Source: Squalus acanthias
Lineage: Eukaryota
Direction of reading: 5' to 3'
NCBI GenBank assembly: GCA_030390025.1
Contig: CM059432.1
Location: forward strand, 137,828,001 to 137,892,000
Length of the DNA: 64,000 nt
A program made the translations under genes and the position numbers. Shown piece by piece: positions 1 through 14,100 of this stretch; the first letter of the stretch is position 1; each line of letters begins with the position of its first letter. The notes under the pieces are model-generated. The model was not told the DNA's origin. It saw only the letters and a program-made list of their open reading frames with translations, and did not search any database.

Positions 1-179
1 CCCATCTCCAGTATTTTTTTAATAACAAATGAACAAAAGTGTTTAAAGAAAATGAAAAAACCCACTTTTTTTAAAAGCCCCGATGACTTTTCTCCCGGGT
101 GTTGCTCACGGCAGCGTCCGGGAGTTTAATCTTTAAATCCAGGAGACTCCAGGACAATCCTGGAGGGTTGGCAACCCTA
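1..179. mobile_element. Right end of a non-autonomous hAT (Tip100-type) DNA transposon, cut by the window start
   Basis: Ends in GGTTGGCAACCCTA (reverse complement TAGGGTTGCCAACC), a Tip100-like terminal motif, preceded by TCCAGGA-type subterminal repeats. The other end is not visible. Confidence 0.5.
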
Positions 180-316
180 GAAGTAACTAAAGTAGGAAAC
201 TGATTCCTGTATTTGGTACTTGGCAGAAATGGCACCATGGTTACAATCGATTCATGATATTTAGAGTACAAATGGTTAACAAAACTAACTGTTGGCGACA
301 CCTGGCTGTAATGAAA

Positions 317-563
317 AAGAAAGACTTGCATTTATATAGCGCCTTTCGCAACCTCAGGACGCCCCAAAGCGCTTTACAGCAAATGAAGTACTTTTTGAAG
401 TGGAGTCACTGTTGTAATGTAGGAAACGCAGCAGACAATCTGCGCACAGCAAGCTCCCACAAACAGCAATGTGATAACGACCAGATAATCTGGGGTTTTT
501 TTTCAGTAATTGAGGGATAAATATTGCCCAGGACACCGGGGAGAACTCCGCTGCTCTTCTTCA
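317..563 (-). mobile_element. DeuSINE (SacSINE1/AmnSINE-like) 3' half
   Basis: Matches the other copies in the window (e.g. 53304-53762). L2-like tail ...GGCGCTATATAAATGCAAGTCTTTC on the minus strand. Confidence 0.85.
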
Positions 564-717
564 AACAACCTAAAATAATCACAAAGTAGGCAGCACAAAC
601 GTTTCCATGGTCCCACAGCCAACGCGCTGGTTCTGAAGTGACTTTTTTTGGGCAAGGCTAAATAAAGCTGGCTGGAAAATTCCTCCCAACCGCAACACAT
701 TTTACATTCTTTTTCAG

Positions 718-747
718 ATTCTGCATTTGACCAGCTTGGAATAGAGT
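718..747 (+). CDS. Candidate 30-bp exon of an unidentified host gene ((D)SAFDQLGIE)
   Basis: TTCTTTTTCAG acceptor, GTGAGT donor, open phase-1/phase-1 frame. No homology recognised. Confidence 0.25.
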
Positions 748-1053
748 GTGAGTGGTACACTAATGGCGTTGCAGTGTACAGCGGGTAGATTAATAAAAAA
801 GGATCTAGCTGGACCTCCCTGAAATAAGGATCGAAACACTGAAATAATACACTCAGGATAGAAGTTGGTCCTGAGGGAGATAGGACTTGTATATATTAAA
901 CTACACAGGGTGATCTCATATATTATGTAGGGCATAAACACAACAGTGCAACATAAATTGTATTACTCACAGCCATCTGGGATTCTGTCTACACAACAAG
1001 GTTGCCGTCTAGGGAAAAATAAGTCGGAATTTATAATATTTTTCAAAATATAT

Positions 1054-1248
1054 ATTTTACCACAAGGAGTGGTTGAGGCGAATAGCACAGATGCATTTCA
1101 GGGGAAGCTAGATAAACACATGAGGGAGAAAGGAAAAGAAGGATAGGGTGAGATGAATTAGGGTAGGAGGAGGCTCGTGTGGAGCATAAACACAGGCAAA
1201 GACCCAATGGCCTGTTTCTGTGCTGTAAATTCTATGTAATTCTATGTA
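1054..1248 (+). mobile_element. CR1 LINE 3' end fragment
   Basis: LPQGVVEANS..FQGKLDKHM C-terminal ORF2 motif and (ATTCTATGTA)-type tail. Confidence 0.85.
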
Positions 1249-1251
1249 TGG

Positions 1252-1850
1252 CGGCTTTCACAGCCTCAGCACGTCCCAAAACGCTTTCATAGAATCATTA
1301 TATGGTTACAGCACGGAAGAAGGCCATTCGGCCCGTCGAGCCTGTGCCGGCTCTCTGCAAGAGCACTTCAGCTAGTCCCACTCCCCCGCCCTTTCCCCGC
1401 AGCCCTGCAAATGTTTCTCCTTCAGGTACTTAGCCAACTCCCTTTTGAAAGCCATGATTGAGTCTGCCTCCACCACCCTTTCAGGCAGTGCATTCCAGAT
1501 CCTAACCACGCGCTGAGTAAAAAAGTTTCCCCTCTTGTCACCTTTGATTTTTCTGCCAAATCACCTTAAAGCTTTACAGCCAATAAAGTACTTTATTTTT
1601 GAAGTGTAGTCGCTGTTGTAATGTAGGAAACCCAATTTGTGCACAGCAAGCTCCCACAAACAGCAGTGTGATACTTGACCAGATAATCTGTTTTAGTGAT
1701 GTTGGTTGAGGGATAAATATTGGCCAGGGACACCGGGGAGAACTGACTCTTCTTCGAAATAGTGGCTGTGGGAACTTTTACATTCACCTGAGAGAGCAGA
1801 CGGAGCCTTGGTTTAACATCTCATCTGAAAGACGGCAACTCCGACAGTGC
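1252..1850 (-). mobile_element. DeuSINE interrupted by a CR1 3' fragment (~1289-1567, minus)
   Basis: SINE sequence breaks at ...AAACGCTTT and resumes at GCTTTACAGCCAAT. The insert carries a CR1 tail (CATAGAATC...). Confidence 0.75.
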
Positions 1851-2160
1851 GGCCCAACAGGTCTATGCCGGTGTTTATGCTCCACATGAACCTCCTCCCA
1901 CCCTACTTCATCTCAGCCTATCAGCGTATCCTTCTATTCCTTTATCCCTCATGTGTTTATCTAACTTCCCCTTAAATGCATCTATGCTCAACCACTCCAT
2001 GTAGTTGTGAGTTCCACATTCTCACCACTCTCTGGGTAAAGAAGTTTCTTCTGAATTCCTCATAGGATTTATTAGTGATTATCTTATATTTACGGCCCCT
2101 AGTTTTGGACTCCCCCCACAAGTGGAAATATCTTCTCTACCTATCAAACCCCTTCATAAT
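1851..2160 (-). mobile_element. CR1 LINE 3' fragment
   Basis: Reverse complement of the CR1 C-terminal region and 3' UTR seen at 44940-45190. Confidence 0.8.
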
Positions 2161-5100
2161 TTCCTGTATGAATTTTTTTTTGTTTGCCATTTTAATAGGG
2201 CATGAACAAAGTATTAAAATAAACAGTTCAGCCTCAGATTTCCTGGATCATACTCAATGCAGAAGCCACATCCGAAATGTACACCAGTTTCCGCCACGAT
2301 CTTGCTGACAAAAACTTAGACCGGAATTTCCTGCGGAACTCATTTGCCAAAATTGCCGCGAAACAAGTGCAAATACATCGCCACCTATTGTTGCCCCATT
2401 TGTGTTACAACTGCAGGTGCGATTATTAAAAATGCTGCATTCCCCTCACCCAATAAAGGTTTACCGCATGCGTCTGCATTGCTGTTTCGCCAACTTTCTT
2501 TTCTGTGTAAAATCAGGAAACTTGCACATGCGGAGTGTGAAACAGAGCACTCCACAGCAGCAGTGCTGCATCTTTTAGTGGTGGAGCACGAACCACCAAA
2601 ACTTGCCTAATGAGGGGAAGGATCCAAAGACAAAACAACCAGCGTCACGCAACGGGCAATCTCCTCGGTGACGTCTGGTCCCAGCATTACAGCTCCCCAA
2701 CTTACAGCAATACAGCTCCCCAACTTACAGCAGTACAGCTCCCCAACTTAGTGCAATACAGCTCCCCAACTTACAGCAATACAGCTCCCCAACTTACAGC
2801 AATACAGCTCCCCAACTTACAGCAATACAGCTCCCCAACTTACAGCAATACAGCTCCCCAACTTACAGCAATACAGCTCCCCAACTTACAGCAATACAGC
2901 TCCCCAACTTACAGAGCTACAGCTCCCCAACTTACAGCAATACAGCTCCCCAACATACAGCAATACAGCTCCCCAACTTACAGCAATACAGCTCCCCAAC
3001 TTACAGCAATACAGCTCCCCAACTTACAGCATACAGCTCCCCAACTTACAGCAATACAGCTCCCCAACCTACAGCAATACAGCTCCCCAACTTACAGCAA
3101 TACAGCTCCCCAACCTACAGCAATACAGCTCCCAACCTACAGCAATACAGCTCCCCAACTTACAGCAATACAGCTCCCCAACTTACAATACAGCTCCCCA
3201 ACTTACAGCAATACAGCTCCACAACCTTACAGCAATACAGCTCCCCAACTTACAGCAATACAGCTCCCAACTTACAGCAATACAGCTCCCCAACTTACAG
3301 CAATACAGCTCCCCAACTTACAATACAGCTCCCCAACTTACAGCAACACAGCTTCCCAACTTACAGCAATACAGCTCCCCAACTTACGCAATACAGCTCC
3401 CAACCTGCAGCAATACAGCTCCCCAACTTACAGCAATACAGGCTCCCCAACTTACAGCAATACAGCTCCCCAACCTACAGCAATACAGCTCCCCAACTAC
3501 AGCAATACAGCTCCCCAACCTACAGCAATACAGCTCCCCAACTTACAGCAATACAGCTCCCCAACTTACAGCAATACAGCTCCCCAACTTACAGCAATAC
3601 AGCTCCCCAACTACAGCGATACAGCTCCCCAACCTACAGCAATACAGCTCCCCAACTACAGCAATACAGCTCCCCAACTTACAGCAATACAGCTCCCCAA
3701 CCTACAGCAATACAGCTCCCCAACTACAGCAATACAGCTCCCCAACTTACAGCAATACAGCTCCCCAACCTACAGCAATACAGCTCCCCAACTTACAGCA
3801 ATACAGCTCCCCAACTTACAGCAATACAGCTCCCCAACTTACAGCAATACAGCTCCCCAACCTACAGCAATACAGCTCCCAACCTACAGCAATACAGCTC
3901 CCCAACTTACAGCAATACAGCTCCCCAACTTACAGCAATACAGCTCCCCAACTTACAGCAATACAGCTCCCCAACTTACAGCGATACAGCTCCCCAACCT
4001 GCTGCAATACAGCTCCCCAACTTACAGCAATACAGCTCCTCCAACTTACAGCAATACAGCTCCCCAACTTACAGCAATACAGCTCCCCAACCTACAGCAA
4101 TACAGCTCCCAAGCCTACAGTAGTACAGCTCCCCAACTTACAGCAATACAGCTCCCCAACCTACAGCAATACAGCTCCCCAACTTACAGCAATACAGCTC
4201 CCCAACTTACAGCAATACAGCTCCCCAACTTACAGCAATACAGCTCCCCAACTTACAGCAATACAGCTCCCCAACTTACAGCAATACAGCTCCCCAACTT
4301 ACAGCAATACAGCTCCCCAACTTACAGCAATACAGCTCCCCAACTTACAGCAATACAGCTCCCCAACTTACAGCAATACAGCTCCCCAACTTACAGCAAT
4401 ACAGCTCCCCAACTACAGCAATACAGCTCCCCAACTTACAGCAATACAGCTCCCCAACTTACAGCAATACAGCTCCCCAACTTACAGCAATACAGCTCCC
4501 AACCTACAGCAATACAGCTCCCCAACCTACAGCAATACAGCTCCCCAACTTACAGCAATACAGCTCCCCAACCTACAGCAATACAGCTCCCAACTTACAG
4601 CAATACAGCTCCCCAACTTACAGCAATACAGCTCCCCAACCTACAGCAATACAGCTCCCCAACCTACAGCAATACAGCACCACAACCTACAGCAATACAG
4701 CACCCCAACTTACAGCAATACGGCTCCCCAACCTACATCAATACAGCACCCCAACTTACAGCAATACGGCTCCCCAACCTACAGCGATACAGCTCCCCAA
4801 CTTACAGCAATACAGCTCCCCAACTAACAGCAATACAGCTCCCCAACCTACAGCAATACAGCTCCGCAACTTACATCGATACAGCTCCCCAACTTACAGC
4901 AATACAGCTCCCCAACTTACAGCAATACAGCTCCCCAACCTACAGCAATACAGCTCCCCAACTTACAATACAGCACCCGAACCTAGAGCAATACAGCTCC
5001 CCAACCTACAGCAATACAGCTCCCCAAGCTACAGCAATACAGCTCCCCAACCTACAGCTATACAGCTCCCCAAGTTACAGCAATACAGCTCCCCAACTTA

Positions 5101-8100
5101 CAGCACTACAGCTCCCCAACTTACAGCAATACAGCTCCCCAACTTACAGCTCTCCAACCTACAGCAATACAGCTCCCCAACCTACAGCAGTACAGCTCCC
5201 CAACTTACAGCAATACAGCTCCCCAACCTACAGCAATACAGCTCCCCAACTTACAGCAGTACAGCTCTCCAACTTACAGCAATACAGCTCCCCAACCTAC
5301 AGCAATACAGCTCCCCAACTTACAGCAATACAGCTCCCCAACTTACAGCAATACAGCTCCCCAACCTACAGCAATACAGCTCCCCAACTTACAGCAATAC
5401 AGCTCCCCTACCTACAGCAATACAGCTCCCCAACTTACAGCAATACAGCTCCCCAACTACAGCAATACAGCTCCCCAACTTACAGCAATACAGCTCCCCA
5501 ACCTACAGCAATACAGCTCCCCAACCTACAGCAATACAGCTCCCCAACTTACAGCGATACAGCTCCCCAACTTACAGCAATACAGCTCCCCAACTTACAG
5601 CAATACAGCTCCCCAACTTACAGCAATACAGCTCCCCAACTTACAGCAATACAGCTCCCCAACCTACAGCGATACAGCTCCCCAACTACAGCAATACAGC
5701 TCCCCAACCTACAGCAATACAGCTCCCCAACTTACAGCAATACAGCTCCCCAACTTACAGCAATACAGCTCCCCAACTTACAGCAATACAGCTCCCCAAC
5801 TTACAGCAATACAGCTCCCAACCTACAGCAATACAGCTCCCCAACCTACAGCAATACAGCTCCCCAACTTACAGCAATACAGCTCCCCAACCTACAGCAA
5901 TACAGCTCCCCAACTTACAGCAATACAGCTCTCCAACTTACAGCAATACAGCTCCCCAACCTACAGCAATACAGCTCCCCAACTTACAGCAATACAGCTC
6001 CCCAACTTACAGCAATACAGCTCCCCAACCTACAGCAATACAGCTCCCCAACTTACAGCAATACAGCTCCCAACCTACAGCAATACAGCTCCCCAACTTA
6101 CAGCAATACAGCTCCCCAACTACAGCAATACAGCTCCCCAACCTACAGCAATACAGCTCCCCAACTTACAGCAATACAGCTCCCCAACTTACAGCAATAC
6201 AGCTCCCCAACTTACAGCAATACAGCTCCCCAACTTACAGCAATACAGCTCCCAACTTACAGCAATACAGCTCCCCAACCTACAGCAATACAGCTCCCCA
6301 ACTTACAGCAATACAGCTCCCCAACTTACAGCAATACAGCTCCCCAACTTACAGCAATACAGCTCCCCAACTTACAGCAATACAGCTCCCCAACTTACAG
6401 CAATACAGCTCCCCAACTTACAGCAATACAGCTCCCAACCTACAGCAATACAGCTCCCCAACCTACAGCAATACAGCTCCCCAACTTACAGCAATACAGC
6501 TCCCCAACCTACAGCAATACAGCTCCCCAACTTACAGCAATACAGCTCCCCAACTTACAGCAATACAGCTCCCAACCTACAGCAATACAGCTCCCCAACT
6601 TACAGCAATACAGCTCCCCAACCTACAGCAATACAGCTCCCCAACTTACAGCAATACAGCTCCCCAACTTACAGCAATACAGCTCCCCAACCTACAGCAA
6701 TACAGCTCCCCAACTTACAGCAATACAGCTCCCCAACCTACAGCAATACAGCTCCCCAACTTACAGCAATACAGCTCCCCAACCTACAGCAATACAGCTC
6801 CCCAACTTACAGCAATACAGCTCCCCAACTTACAGCAATACAGCTCCCCAACCTACAGCAATACAGCTCCCCAACTTACAGCAATACAGCTCCCCAACCT
6901 ACAGCGATACAGCTCCCCAACTTACAGCAATACAGCTCCCCAACGTACAGCAATACAGCTCCCCAACTTACAGCAATACAGCTCCCCAACCTACAGCAAT
7001 ACAGCTCCCCAACTTACAGCAATACAGCTCCCCAACTTACAGCAATACAGCTCCCCAACTTACAGCAATACAGCTCCCCAACTTACAGCAATACAGCTCC
7101 CAACTTACAGCAATACAGCTCCCCAACTTACAGCAATACAGCTCCCCAACTTACAGCAATACAGCTCCCCAACTTACAGCAATACAGCTCCCCAACTTAC
7201 AGCAAAACAGCTCGCCAACTTACAGCAAAACAGCTCCCCAACTTACAGCAATACAGCTCCCCAACCTACAGCAATATCGCTCCCCAACTGACAGCGATAC
7301 AGCTCCCCAACTTACAGCAATATAGCACCACAACTTACAGCGATACAGCTCCCCAACTTACAGCGATACAGCTCCCCAACTTACAGCAATACAGCTCCCC
7401 AACCTAGAGGAATACAGCTCCCCAACTTACAGCAATACAGCTCCCCAACTTACAGCTCTCCAACCTACAGCAATACAGTTCTCCAACCTACAGCAGTACA
7501 GCTCACAACTTACAGCAATACAGCTCCCCAACCTACAGCAATACAGCTCCCCAACCTACAGCAATACAGCACCACAACCTACAGCAATACAGCTCCCCAA
7601 ATTACAGCAATACGGCTCCCCAACCTACATCAATACAGCACCCCAACTTACAGCAATACGGCTCCCCAACCTACAGCAATACAGCTCCCCAACCTACAGC
7701 AATACAGCTCCCCAACTTACAGCAATACAGCTCCCCAACTTACAGCAATACAGCTCCCCAACCTACAGCAATACAGCTCCCCAACTTACAGCAATACAGC
7801 TCCCCAACCTACAGCAATACAGCTCCCCAACTTACAGCAATACAGCTCCCCAACCTACAGCAATACAGCTCCCCAACTTACAGCAATACAGCTCCCCAAC
7901 CTACAGCAATACAGCTCCCCAACCTACAGCAATACAGCTCCCCAACTTACAGCAATACAGCTCTCCAACTTACAGCAATACAGCTCCCCAACCTACAGCA
8001 ATACAGCTCCCCAACTTACAGCAATACAGCTCCCCAACTTACAGCAATACAGCTCCCCAACTTACAGCAATACAGCTCCCCAACTTACAGCAATACAGCT

Positions 8101-11100
8101 CCCAACTTACAGCAATACAGCTCCCCAACTTACAGCAATACAGCTCCCCAACTACAGCAATACAGCTCCCCAACTTACAGCGATACAGCTCCCCAACCTA
8201 CAGCGATACAGCTCCCCAACTTACAGCAATATAGCACCACAACTTACAGCGATACAGCTCCCCAACTTACAGCAATATAGCACCACAACTTACAGCGATA
8301 CAGCTCCCCAACTTACAGCAATACAGCACCACAACTTACAGCGATACAGCTCCCCAACTTACAGCAATACAGCTCCCCAATCTACAGCAATACAGCTCCC
8401 TAAGCCACAGCAATACAGCTCCCCAACCTACAGCGATACAGCTCCCCAACTTACAGCAATACAGCTCCCCAACTTACAGCAATACAGCTCCCCAACTTAC
8501 AGCATTACAGCTCCCCAACTTACAGCAATACAGCTCCCCAACTTACAGCAATACAGCTCCCCAACTTACAGCAATACAGCTCCCCAACTTACAGCATTAC
8601 AGCTCCCCAACTTACAGCAATACAGCTCCCCAACTTACAGCAATACAGCTCCCCAACTTACAGCAATACAGCTCTCCAACCTACAGCAATACAGTTCTCC
8701 AACCTGCAGCAGTACAGCTCCCCAACTTACAGCAATACAGCTCCCCAACCTACAGCAATACAAGTCGCAAACTTACAGCAATACAGCACCCCAACTTACA
8801 GCAATACGGCTCCCCAACCTACATCAATACAGCACCCCAACTTACAGCAATACGTCTCCCCAACCTACAGCGATACAGCTCCCCAACTTACAGCAATACA
8901 GCTCCCCAACTTACAGCAATACAGCTCCCCAACCTACAGCAATACAGCTCCCCAACTTACATCGATACAGCTCCCCAACTTACAGCAATACAGCTCCCCA
9001 ACTTACAGCAATACAGCTCCCCAACTTACAGCATTACAGCTCCCCAACTTACAGCAATACAGCTCCCCAACTTACAGCTCTCCAACCTACAGCAATACAG
9101 TTCTCCAACCTACAGCAGTACAGCTCCCCAACTTACAGCAATACAGCTCCCCAACTTACAGCAATACAGCTCCCCAACCTACAGCAATACAGCTCCCCAA
9201 CTTACAGCAATACAGCTCCCCAACTTACAGCAATACAGCTCCCCAACCTACAGCAATACAGCTCCCCAACTTACAGCAATACAGCTCCCCAACCTACAGC
9301 AATACAGCTCCCCAACTTACAGCAATACAGCTCCCCAACCTACAGCAATACAGCTCCCCAACTTACAGCAATACAGCTCCCAACCTACAGCAATACAGCT
9401 CCCCAACTTACAGCAATACAGCTCCCCAACTTACAGCAATACAGCTCCCAACCTACAGCAATACAGCTCCCCAACCTACAGCAATACAGCTCCCCAACTA
9501 CAGCAATACAGCTCCCCAACTTACAGCATACAGCTCCCAACCTACAGCAATACAGCTCCCCAACCTACAGCAATACAGCTCCCCAACTTACAGCAATACA
9601 GCTCCCCAACCTACAGCAATACAGCTCCCCAACTTACAGCAATACAGCTCCCCAACCTACAGCAATACAGCTCCCCAACTTACAGCAATACAGCTCCCCA
9701 ACTTACAGCAATACAGCTCCCCAACTTACAGCAATACAGCTCCCCAACCTACAGCAATACAGCTCCCCAACTTACAATACAGCACCCGAACCTAGAGCAA
9801 TACAGCTCCCCAACCTACAGCAAAACAGCTCCCCAAGCTACAGCAATCACAGCTCCCCAACCTACAGCTATACAGCTCCCCAAGTTACAGCAATACAGCT
9901 CCGCAACTTACAGCACTACAGCTCCCCAACTTACAGCAATACAGCTCCCCAACTTACAGCTCTCCAACCTACAGCAATACATTTCCCCAACCTACAGCAG
10001 TACAGCTCCCCAACTTACAGCAATACAGCTCCCCAACCTACAGCAATACAGCTCCCCAAGTTACAGCAGTACAGCTCTCCAACTTACAGCAATACAGCTC
10101 CCCAACCTACAGCAATACAGCTCCCCAACTTACAGCAATACAGCTCCCCAACTTACAGCAATACGGCTCCCCAACCTACAGCAATACAGCACCCCAACTT
10201 ACAGCAATACGGCTCTCCTACCTACAGCAATACAGCACCCCAACTTACAGAAATACGGCTCCCCAACCTACAGCAATACAGCTCCCCAACCTACAGCAAT
10301 ACAGCTATCCAACTTACAGCGATACAGCTCCCCAACTTACAGCAATACAGCTCCCCAACTTACAGCAATACAGCTCCCCAACATACAGCAAAACAGCTCG
10401 CCAACTTACAGCGATACAGCTCCCCAACCGACAGCGATACAGCTCCCCAACCTACAGCAATACAGCTCCCCAACCTACAGCTATACAGCTCCCCAAGTTA
10501 CAGCAATACAGCTCCCCAACTTACAGCATTACAGCTCCCCAACTTACAGCAATACAGCTCCCCAACTTACAGCTCTCCAACCTACAGCAATACAGTTCCC
10601 CAACCTACAGCAGCACAGCTACCCAACTTACAGCAATACAGCTCCCCAACCTACAGCAATACAGCTCCGCAACTTACAGCAATACAGCTCCCCAACTTAC
10701 AGCAATACAGCTCCCAACCTACAGCATTACAGCTCCCCAACTTACAGCAATACAGCTCCCCAACCTACAGCAATACAGCTCCCCAACTGACAGCAATACA
10801 GCTCCCCAACTTACAGCAATACAGCTCCCCAACCTACAGCAATACAGCTCCCCAACTTACAGCAATACAGCTCCCCTACCTACAGCAATACAGCTCCCCA
10901 ACTTACAGCAATACAGCTCCCCAACCTACAGCAATACAGCTCCCCAACTTACAGCAATACAGCTCCCCAACTTACAGCAATACAGCTCCCCAACTTACAG
11001 CAATACAGCTCCCCAACTTACAGCAATACAGCTCCCCAACCTACAGCGATACAGCTCCCCAACTTACAGCAATACAGCTCCCCAACTTACAGCGATACAG

Positions 11101-14100
11101 CTCCCCAACTTACAGCAATACAGCTCCCCAACCTACAGCAATACAGCTCCCCAACTACAGCGATACAGCTCCCCAACTTACAGCAATACAGCTCCCCAAC
11201 TTACAGCAATACAGCTCCCCAACTTACAGCAATACAGCTCGCCAACTTACAGCAATACAGCTCCCCAACTTACATCAATACAGCTCCCCAACTTACAGCA
11301 ATACAGCTCCCCAACTTACAGCAATACAGCTCCCCAACTTACAGCAATACAGCTCCCAACTTACAGCAATACAGCTCCCCAACTTACAGCAATACAGCTC
11401 CCCAACCTACAGCAATACGCTCCCCAACTGACAGCGATACAGCTCCCCAACTTACAGCAATATAGCACCACAACTTACAGCAATACAGCTCCCCAACTTA
11501 CAGCAATACAGCTCCCCAACTTACAGCAATACAGCACCACAACTTACAGCATTACAGCTCCCCAACTTACAGCAATACAGCTCCCCAACCTACAGCAATA
11601 CAGCTCCCCAACTTACAGCAATACAGCTCCCCAACTTACAGCAATACAGCTCCCCAACTTACAGCAATACAGCTCCCAACCTACAGCAATACAGTTCTCC
11701 CAACCTACAGCAGTACAGCTCCCAACTTACAGCAATACAGCTCCCCAACCTACAGCAATACAGCTCCCAACCTACAGCAATACAGCTCCACAACCTACAG
11801 CAATACAGCTCCCCAAATTACAGCAATACAGCTCCCCAACCTACAGCAATACAGCACCCCAACTTACAGCAATACGGCTCCCCAACCTACAGCGATACAG
11901 CTCCCCAACCTACAGCAATACAGCTCCCCAACTGACAGCAATACAGCTCCCCAACTTACAGCAATACAGCTCCCCAACCTACAGCAATACAGCTCCCCAA
12001 CTTACAGCAATACGGCTCCCCTACCTACAGCAATACAGCACCCCAACTTACAGCAATACGGCTCCCCAACCTACAGCAATACAGCTCCCCAACTTACAGC
12101 AATACGGCTCCCCAACCTACAGCAATACAGCTCCCCAACCTACAGCAATACAGCTCCCCAACTTACAGCGATACAGCTCTCCAACTTACAGCAATACAGC
12201 TCCCAACCTACAGCAATACAGCTCCCCAACTTACAGCAATACAGCTCCCCAACTTACAGCAATACAGCTCCCCAACTTACAGCAATACAGCTCCCCAACT
12301 TACAGCAATACAGCTCCCAACTTACAGCAATACAGCTCCCCAACTTACAGCAATACAGCTCCCCAACTTACAGCAATACAGCTCCCCAACTTACAGCAAT
12401 ACAGCTCCCCAACCTACAGCAATACAGCTCCCCAACTTACAGCAATACAGCTCCCAACTTACAGCAATACAGCTCCCCAACTTACAGCAATACAGCTCCC
12501 CAACTTACAGCAATACAGCTCCCCAACTTACAGCAATACAGCTCCCCAACTTACAGCAATACAGCTCCCCAACTTACAGCAATACAGCTCCCCAACTACA
12601 GCAATACAGCTCCCCAACCTACAGCAATACAGCTCCCCAACCTACAGCATACAGCTCCCCAACTTACAGCAATACAGCTCCCCAACTTACAGCAATACAG
12701 CTCCCCAACTTACAGCAATACAGCTCCCCAACTTACAGCAATACAGCTCCCCAACTTACAGCAATACAGCTCCCCAACTTACAGCAATACAGCTCCCCAA
12801 CTTACAGCAATACAGCTCCCCAACTTACAGCAATACAGCTCCCCAACTTACAGCAATACAGCTCCCCAACTTACAGCAATACAGCTCCCAACCTACAGCA
12901 ATACAGCTCCCAACCTACAGCAATACAGCTCCCCAACTTACAGCAATACAGCTCCCCAACCTACAGCAATACAACTCGCAACTTACAGCAATACAGCTCC
13001 CCAACTTACAGCAATACAGCTCCCCAACCTACAGCAATACAGCTCCCCAACCTACAGCAATACAGCTCCCAACTACAGCAATACAGCTCCCCAACTTACA
13101 GCAATACAGCTCCCCAACTTACAGCAATACAGCTCCCCAACTTACAGCAATACAGCTCCCAACCTACAGCAATACAGCTCCCCAACCTACAGCAGCACAG
13201 CTACCCAACTTACAGCAATACAGCTCCCCAACCTACAGCAATACAGCTCCGCAACTTACAGCAATACAGCTCCCCAACTTACAGCAATACGGCTCTCCAA
13301 CCTACAGCAGTACAGCTCCCCAACTTACAGCAATGCAGCTCCCCAACCTACAGCAATACAGCTCCCCAACTACAGCAATACAGCTCGCCAACTTACAGCA
13401 ATACAGCACCCCAACTTACAGCAATACGGCTCCCCAACCTACAGCAATACAGCTCCCCAACCTACAGCTATACAGCTCCCCAAGTTACAGCAATACAGCT
13501 CCCCAACTTACAGCATTACAGCTCCCCAACTTACAGCAATACAGCTCCCCAACTTACAGCTCTCCAACCTACAGCAATACAGTTCCCCAACCTACAGCAG
13601 CACAGCTACCCAACTTACAGCAATACAGCTCCCCAACCTACAGCAATACAGCTCCGCAACTTACAGCAATACAGCTCCCCAACTTACAGCAATACGGCTC
13701 TCCAACCTACAGCAGTACAGCTCCCCAACTTACAGCAATGCAGCTCCCCAACCTACAGCAATACAGCTCCCCAACTGACAGCAATACAGCTCCCCAACTT
13801 ACAGCAATACGGCTCCCCAACCTACAGCAATACAGCACCCCAACTTACAGCAATACGGCTCCCCTACCTACAGCAATACAGCACCCCAACTTACAGCAAT
13901 ACGGCTCCCCTACCTACAGCAATACAGCTCCCCAACTTACAGCAATACAGCTCCCCAACTTACAGCAATACTGCTCCCCAACCTACAGCAATACAGCTCC
14001 CCAACTTACAGCAATACAGCTCCCCAACCTACAGCGATACAGCTCCCCAACTTACAGCAATACAGCTCCCCAACGTACAGCGATACAGCTCCCCAACTTA

